From: Paraspadella gotoi
Taxonomy: Eukaryota > Animalia > Chaetognatha
Reading direction: 5' to 3'
DNA: 64,000 bases
NCBI GenBank assembly: GCA_051294375.1
Contig: CM119266.1
Span: forward strand, 1,975,380-2,039,379
This document shows, piece by piece, positions 1 to 64,000 of the stretch (position 1 is the stretch's first letter; each line of letters begins with the position of its first letter). Made by a program: the position numbers and the translations under genes. The notes under the pieces are model-generated. The model ran no database searches, had not been told where the DNA came from, and worked only from the letters and a program-made list of their open reading frames with translations.

Positions 1-468
1 AGAGAGAGAAGATTAAAAAGGAAGGAAGAACAGAGAGAGAGAATATTAAAAAGGAAGGAAGAACAGAGAAAGAGAAGACTAAAAAGGAAGGAAGAACAAA
101 GAGAGAGAAAAAAAAATTCCAACAACGAACTTTCAATAAGTTTAAAAAAATTAAAAAAGAAAATATTAACAAATGTGAAAAAATAAATAATGATTGCCTC
201 ACCTCTTCTTTCCTCCTCTTTCTATGACTTCACTCGTTTTTTCCAATTAAACTCACGCCTTCACTTTTTTCTTTTCTCTTTTCTCACCTTTCCTTTTCTC
301 TCTCTCTCTCTCTCTNNNNNNNNNNNNNNNNNNNNNNNNNNNNNNNNNNNNNNNNNNNNNNNNNNNNNNNNNNNNNNNNNNNNNNNNNNNNNNNNNNNNN
401 NNNNNNNNNNNNNNNNNNNNNNNNNNNNNNNNNNNNNNNNNNNNNNNNNNNNNNNNNNNNNCCCTCAG

Positions 469-56904
<56,436 letters not shown>

Positions 56905-57593
56905 GGAAAAAAAACAACAAAAAAAACAAACAAACAAACAAATAAAAACAAACCCACCACTTCCCTTTTCCCTTTTCCCTTTTAAAAAACAATTCTTGTT
57001 TTCTTCCGTGTAAACAAAAAAAATCCAATACATAAACTCGATGAAAAATACTTTGTAAACCAAAATTACAAATCGGTATTAAAAAAACAAAACAAAACAA
57101 AACAAAAACAAACAAAATCGTACTATAAATGACGTTGATTTGATTTTTTTTTTACTATTGAGGAATAACCGTGAACACAGAAGAAACGTACTTAGTTATA
57201 ACAGTCGGAAGTTTAGCTAAACTATAGAATCTTGTTTATAAGTAATTAATAATTGTTTCAATTTAGTAGATCCTCATGAACAGAGCTCTCACGTTCGAAC
57301 AAGTCGAAAGATGGAACATTGATAGATAAAATTTCAGTTTATTTCATCTTGGTTTATAAAAAATTAGTTAACCAGAAATTTCTGACGTCTTCATGATTAT
57401 TCCAGTGATTTTATATTGTATCGACATTGTGTTGTCTTTTCATTTTTTGGAAATATAAAATGTTATTTGAGTTGCGTTTTTAACTTTATTTACTTATAAT
57501 TAATAATAATAATACCAATTTCTCGAGAGTAGCGATACATCAACTACAGAAATTACTAATATAACGAAACATTAGTGATTTTTATATTTATTT

Positions 57594-57670
<77 letters not shown>

Positions 57671-58687
57671 AAGAGAGAGAGAGTGCGAGTTTAAGACAGA
57701 AACCACATTAATTTTCACTTTTTCTTCCCCAAGAATGCTTCTGTAGTGTAGACTTAACTTTTTTTTAAAATAAGATTATCAATATGTACATTATTTTGTC
57801 AAAAAATGTTTTGGAACTAATCTTTAAGCTAGCTAAGTAATAATTGATATAGCCCAAGCCTCGCTAAGAGAAAAACTACAGACCGATCGAACGAAAACTG
57901 AAAGCATCCTAAAAAATATTTACATCAAAATAGGTCCCTGCCTCTCTTCAACAGAAACCGATCTTTTAAAAAAAAAGTATAAAAAATATCATTAACATCA
58001 GAAAAGAACATTATTTTGACAGTTTCTTTAGAGCTGATTTTTTTCCAGATTTAATTGACTGAACAGAATTACTCAAAACTATTTCTAAATAAAATAAACA
58101 AATTTAATATTTCGCCAACAAAAAATTGTGGACGAACATATAGAACATGCAACCTCGGTCAAACCACTGTGGCATATTTTAGGATAAGCAGGTTTTATTT
58201 GACGACATTAACAATCAACGACTTGAGAATGCGTCATCGACTTTTAAGAAATACTTGAAAAATAATCCATTTAAACTTTTAAGAAAATTTGGTTTTCAGC
58301 CAAAAGAAAACCGAATTAAAACAACTAAAGCACGAATAGTTTCTTCCATTTTTTGATAGCGAAAATTCTTTTCTACTTTCGAAAATTTGTTTTCAAAAAC
58401 TTTTGTTAACATGAATTTTTCTGCCCTACCCTGTAAAACACGGTATTCGTAATTCGAAAATATTCTTATCGTATCTTTAGTCGGAACGAGCGGCGACTTA
58501 TCACATCATATCTGAACTGTCAACAGTCAAGACCAGTAAACGCGCAATCCCAATTGAGGAAGACGTTACGCTCTGTCGTCTTAGGCTTAAGTTGAAAAAA
58601 GAAGATCTCATTTTGTCGGTTAACCATTTTAGGTCAAGAAAAATACAACAAAAATAAATATAAAATTAAAAATAAAACAATAACAAG

Positions 58688-59628
58688 ATGGAGAGAGCAG
58701 AAACGAAAACGACAAAGGACAGCGTCTCCTTCAAAGGTAAATAGCGAAAACAAAAAGGACAATAAAAAAATAATAAATCTCATAATCTTTTTTTTGGTAT
58801 TTTTTAAATTTTATATTTCGTGTCTTGTTTTAATTTAAACAAGTCTCTCTATTTTTTTTTCAAATTTTCCCCCCCACTTTTAGTTCTATTCATCGTCTTT
58901 AATAATATTCATAATATATTATTAATTGACCGCTATTCTATTCATCCTTTTTTTTTTCAATCTCTTTAAATTTTAAATCCCCTCCTTCCATCAACCTTTC
59001 CCCTCAAACTTTCCCCTCAACCTTTCCCCTCAACCTTTTCTACTAAAATCTTTCCCTCAACCTTCCTCTAACCTTTCCCCTCAACCTTTCCCCTCAACCT
59101 TTCATCTCAACCTTTCCCATCAACCTTTCCTCTCAACCTTTCCCCTCAACCATTCCCTCAACCTTTCCTCTCAACCTTTCCCTCAACTTTTTACCTCAAC
59201 CTTTCCCCTCAACCTTCTCCTTCTCTCAACCCTCTCCCTAACCTTCCCCTCAACTTTTCACCTCAACCTTTCCCCTCAACATTTCCCTTCAACCTTTCCT
59301 CTCAACCCCAGCCCGCCTTCTCTCGGCGCTGCGCCGATTCTGGTCGACCAACGCCGCCGTCATCGTCACGTTCGCCGGCGTCGTTTTGGGTCTCGTCGTC
59401 GGCGTCCTTTTGCGGCGATGGCATCGATTCTCTCCTTTCGAAGTCATGATCATCGGGTTCCCGGGTTCGAATCCCGCAGCTGACATTTATTTTTCACAAA
59501 CTTTAATAAAAAATAGAATATAGATTGCGCTATGATTAAAACTAGAACTGGAACTTCATTATTTTTAAAATATTTTAAGTTGAAATAAAAAATAATTGTT
59601 TTATAACAATGATTTTAAAAAAAGCTCT

Positions 59629-59672
<44 letters not shown>

Positions 59673-61932
59673 ACAGGTGAACTGTTCGTCCGGATGGTGA
59701 AGATGCTCTTAATTCCACTCATCGTCAGTTCCATCGTCTCGTCCGTCTCGCAGGTCAACGCAAAGGTCATCGGCACCCTGGGCTTCAAGGTCAAATTATG
59801 CGAAGTTGGGAAAAAGTCAAAAACTTCAAGTTAAAACGCGTATTAATGAAAATATATCATATTTTTAAGTAGAATCTTAGATGATCTTATATTGTTTTAT
59901 CATTGGGACCAATATCCCTTACAAAATATCAATTTGCGCGCTTTTGTTCGTATGTACATGCTATGTTATATTATTATCTTTCAAGAGGGATGGAAGTCTT
60001 AACCGACTATAATTTGTCAAAGTTTAGGGGCAAGACAAATAATTATAGAGTGAATAGATAATTTGGTTAATCCAAATACCAATTTCATATTTTTATCATT
60101 TCATCTCAAGGCTTTGATTTACTGCCTCGGAACGACAGCTCTTTCTTCCACATTCGGAATAATTGTGGCGCATCTTCTACAGGTTTTGTCCTTTTATTCC
60201 GATTACAATTATACTTTATATTATACTTGACTAATTGTTTAATAAAGGCCGGGAAAATGAGAGAGGACGTTGTGGTCGAGAGACCGGAGAGCGAACTCGA
60301 AATTGGAATAATCCTCATGGATACCGTGAGGTAAGAAATGTAGAAGTTTCAATTGTAATCGTAATTAATAATTAATAAAGTGTTGCGCCCTGTTAATGTA
60401 TATGTTGTATACATATGATGCGAGTGAATGAACATTTTGCACAAGAACTTGCGGCGCATCTAAAAATAGAAATTTCCGGATCTTTATGATCATACTTGTA
60501 CGAAGTTCGTATAGTAATTATGATTCTACATGAGAAGCATGTTACCACGACAAAAACTACAACATCTCTTAATAAAAGTAAACATAAAATGACATAACAT
60601 GACATCCTCGCAGAAACTTCGTTCCCGAAAACCTCATCGCCGCCTGCTTCCAAAAAACGACGACCTTTCGGAAGGACATCCCCGTTGAAGCAAATATTGC
60701 GAACGAAACTCAATTGTTCTTAAATTCAACGAACGCGACGAACATAACGAACGAATTTCAAAGTTAGTCGAGGGCAGAGTTTTCTAATTTCATATTGTTA
60801 TCCCTTTCTCAACGAAACCAACAACAAATGTTTAATTGAAATCAAATTAATGTGTAATATGAGTTCAAAAATGGACGAAATGTCGGATCTGCCCACGATC
60901 ATTTTCGGTAATTAATTAATTAAAAATTAAATAATTCAAGTAAATTAATTAATTAATTAGGCAATTAATTAATTAATTAATTTGAGCCCAAATATTTGTT
61001 TTTAGGTCTTTTTGTTACTAACCACGACAAAAGCAATGACGACGATGAGAATAATGCTGATAATGATTGACTTGATTGACTGATTAATTAATTATTGATT
61101 AATTATTTGACTAATTGATTAATTAACTGATTAATTATTTGATTTATTAATACATCCTGCATTTACATTTAATATAAAAGGAAAAAGAAGCATAATCAAT
61201 TAGTGAAACAGGTTTTTTGTTTTTTCCATTTAAACTCATTTCCACTCAAACGATTCCATCGAAACTTGATTTCCTGTTCAATCACACACTTTCCTACCCA
61301 CAGACAAAATTCCACGTCAATCGGCGCATTCACTCATGAGCAATTGGTATTCAAATAGTGAAATATATTTTTTTGTTTTTTTCATTTAAACTCATTTCCA
61401 CTCGGACAATTCCATCGAACCTTCATATCCAGCTCAACCACACACTTCCCTACCCACACTCAAAATTTCAATCCAATCCATCCATCCAGTCACGAGTAAT
61501 TGGTGTTATTTGCTAAGGTGGGATGGACGGACGGACGGACGGACGGACGGATGGACGAACATCATTTTTTTTACATAATTTATCATAATTCGATGTTCTG
61601 ACATGATATAAGTGAGTGCCCAACAATATTGAGGGGGCGGACCGACGGACCGACAAAGTGAATTATAGAGTCGGGATCTGCTGAAAACATCCTTTTTAGG
61701 CGTCTATTATCAACGAGAAACGCCGGGGACCAACACTTTGGGATTAGTTTTGTTTTCTATTTTGCTCGGAGTCGTTTTAACTCAGGTAAATGACTGAGAA
61801 TACTATTTTTGTTGTTGTTTATTTTGAACATTAATGTATAAATTTTGTTATAGCTGTCGCAAAAAGATCCGAGGGCCAAAATTCTTATCGACTTTTTCTC
61901 CGCGATGAACGAAGCCGTCTTCAAATTAGTGA

Positions 61933-61972
<40 letters not shown>

Positions 61973-63642
61973 TAGTTACACTTAAATTACAGCGAGTAAG
62001 TGACTACAGCAAAACATATAGACAAAATTAAAATGTGCTAATGTAATACCAGAAAGGCAACACTTATTATTCCATTGTTTTAACTAACATTGAAATATTA
62101 TCAATTACTATTAACACTTAATTACAGGTCAGTATGTCAATGTGGTTTTGTCCCATCGGCATTTTCTCGTTGGTCACCGAAAAAATCGTAGATAAGGTTT
62201 GTGAAGAAGGAATTTTTTTCCCTTTTGTTCGTTCAAGATGATTTTAATCGGAGCTTCTGCTTTTGGACACTAGGGCGGCGCTGATCAACTATTGTACGTA
62301 GCGCTTTTATACTGTATCATTGCCTCTTCCCTTTTGATGGTTCACGCCTTCATCATACTTCCTCTACTGTACTTAATCATTACGAGGTAAATTAAAAATG
62401 GTTTAAAGTTTATTTAATCCGTTAGATTAAATTGCATTTCGCTCACGCAGAAAGAACCCTTACAAACTGATTCGGGCTGCGCTGCCCGCGATTACGATCG
62501 CTTTCGGCAGCGAAAGCAGCGCAATAACTCTCCCGACTACCATGAGATGTCTCCACGAGTTCGGGGTGAGAACGAATCTAAATTCGAAATGGGGAGAAAA
62601 CAAAATGGCAGTAAAGAAAGAACATCGAACAACGCGTTTGAAAGTTTAAAAAAAGGAAGTTTAAAAACATGTTTACTGTAATAGTTTAAAAATTTCTTGT
62701 TTTATTATAATAAACAAAATGTAAAAAACAAATAAAGTTAATTGTATATAATAATGTATTTAATAGTTATACTTTATTATTTGTATTACAGAGGTATGTA
62801 AGTGTTGTCCTCCGGAAATAGAGGGAACATTTACACTACATGAGGTCAAAAATATTTTCCGCCCTAGGTTTCTAATTGTTTGCATTAAAAATTGCATTTG
62901 AAACATTAAATATTATAAATTTTAACATTCAAAAATCGTAAATCAGGTGGCGCCGGCGATTTATAAATTTGTGGCGCCGATTGCTATGACGGTAGGTCAC
63001 AAAGGTGTAACTGTCATTAATAACATCAGTTGTTACGTTGTATGTTAATCTCTCGTCTTTGATTTCAATCTGAGGTAAACATGAACGGTGGCGCCCTCTC
63101 CTATGCAGTGTTGCCGTTTTGTTGCTCAATATGACAACATCGATCTCTCAACGTCCGACATGATTGTGCTTGGTAAGTGCTTGGTACTATGTAATCCATT
63201 CATACACTACTCGACATATAATCTTTACAACACTTTCTTTAAAACGTTTCATATTCTGTTGTTATCTCAATAACAAATCAAGGGGAGAATTATTTTTTTC
63301 ATTTATTTATTATATATTTTCCTTGATATTTTTATGTTTATTTTTATATAATACATTGTATATAGCTCTTAACAAGTATATACCGACATCACGATGACTT
63401 TCACAATCCATTTATCATTTATCTACTTATTATTATATTAATCTATTAACAAATTCATTAATTTATTTATCTCTGTTCCTCCTTTAAAGTCGTGATGGCG
63501 GTCATGACGGCCTTCATGAGCGGCGCGACGCCGTCTGGCGGCGTCGGCTTCACCGTCGTCGCCATCATGTTCCAACCGGTCAACATCCCCGTCAACGACT
63601 TTGTCTACGTCTTGCCTCTTAATTGGTTGAGAGCCAGGTTAG

Positions 63643-63679
<37 letters not shown>

Positions 63680-63936
63680 AATGCGTTGGATCATAATTTT
63701 TTTTTCAAACGCAGCCACAACCGGTTCTTCAACTCTGTAAAAACTTTAACTGAAATTCCCGTGGAAGTGATGATAGCATTTCATGCCGTTTCTCTTTACA
63801 TTCTTTTCTCAGGTTTTCCACGTCGGTCAACATTTTGGGCGACATCTTTGGCGCGGCCATCTTGGATCACACATCCTCACATCTGTTGCCTGAAACGAAG
63901 GACGAAGTCGCGGATCGAAAATCTTCTTTTTTTTAG
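58688..63936 (+). CDS. SLC1A: SLC1A / excitatory amino acid transporter family protein (divergent). Exons 58688-58736, 59312-59464, 59677-59789, 60111-60182, 60248-60330, 60614-60762, 61700-61785, 61854-61928, 62128-62196, 62274-62386, 62451-62565, 62947-62991, 63075-63172, 63490-63637, 63813-63936
   Basis: GFPGELFVRMVKMLLIPLIVSS, RNFVPENLIAACFQ, GTNTLGLVLFS, WFCPIGIFSL, ILPLLYLIITRKNP, AFGSESSAITLP, VNMNGGAL, TSVNILGD. Junctions are in phase except one frameshift at ~63117-63120. The family is certain; paralog identity is not. Confidence 0.93.
58985..59305. repeat. 13-nt minisatellite running up to the acceptor of SLC1 exon 2
   Basis: (caacctttcccct)n, more than 20 degenerate units. Confidence 0.9.
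60880..61690 (-). mobile_element. Helentron/DINE-like non-autonomous repeat
   Basis: Minus strand begins ttttcagcagatcccgactctataattcactttgtcggtccgtcggtcc and has an internal (CCGT)n; similar heads on + at ~17618-17700, 27785-27890 and 30735-30835. Confidence 0.6.
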
Positions 63937-64000
63937 AATTTGTAGCATTCGTTGTTGTACGGAAAGCTTGTAAAAAATATAGTATAATTAAACTAAAAAT

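Overview
Animal (probably invertebrate) genomic DNA from a draft assembly: intron-rich, full of (GA)n/(CT)n and other simple repeats, with N gaps and several indel-noisy tandem duplications that look like raw long-read gap fill. The supplied ORF track is mostly uninformative, so I rebuilt genes by hand from GT-AG exons. (1) A large + strand cholinesterase-like/neuroligin-like gene runs from before 469 to about 56904. Its exons join in frame into at least two tandem carboxylesterase type-B domains, both lacking the catalytic Ser (GHGIG, GAEAG), followed by one TM helix and a tail probably ending in the PDZ-type motif ETRI. (2) A - strand Ty3/Gypsy retrotransposon (protease, RT, RNase H, truncated integrase) sits in one of its introns. 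(3) A nested antisense gene encodes a signal peptide-VWA(MIDAS)-TM protein; one of its introns is almost exactly a foldback element (introner-like). (4) A 15-exon SLC1A/EAAT-family transporter gene has heavily substituted substrate and ion-binding residues. Two structured non-coding elements and a Helentron/DINE-like repeat family are also visible. All calls come from reading the sequence; no database searches were run.
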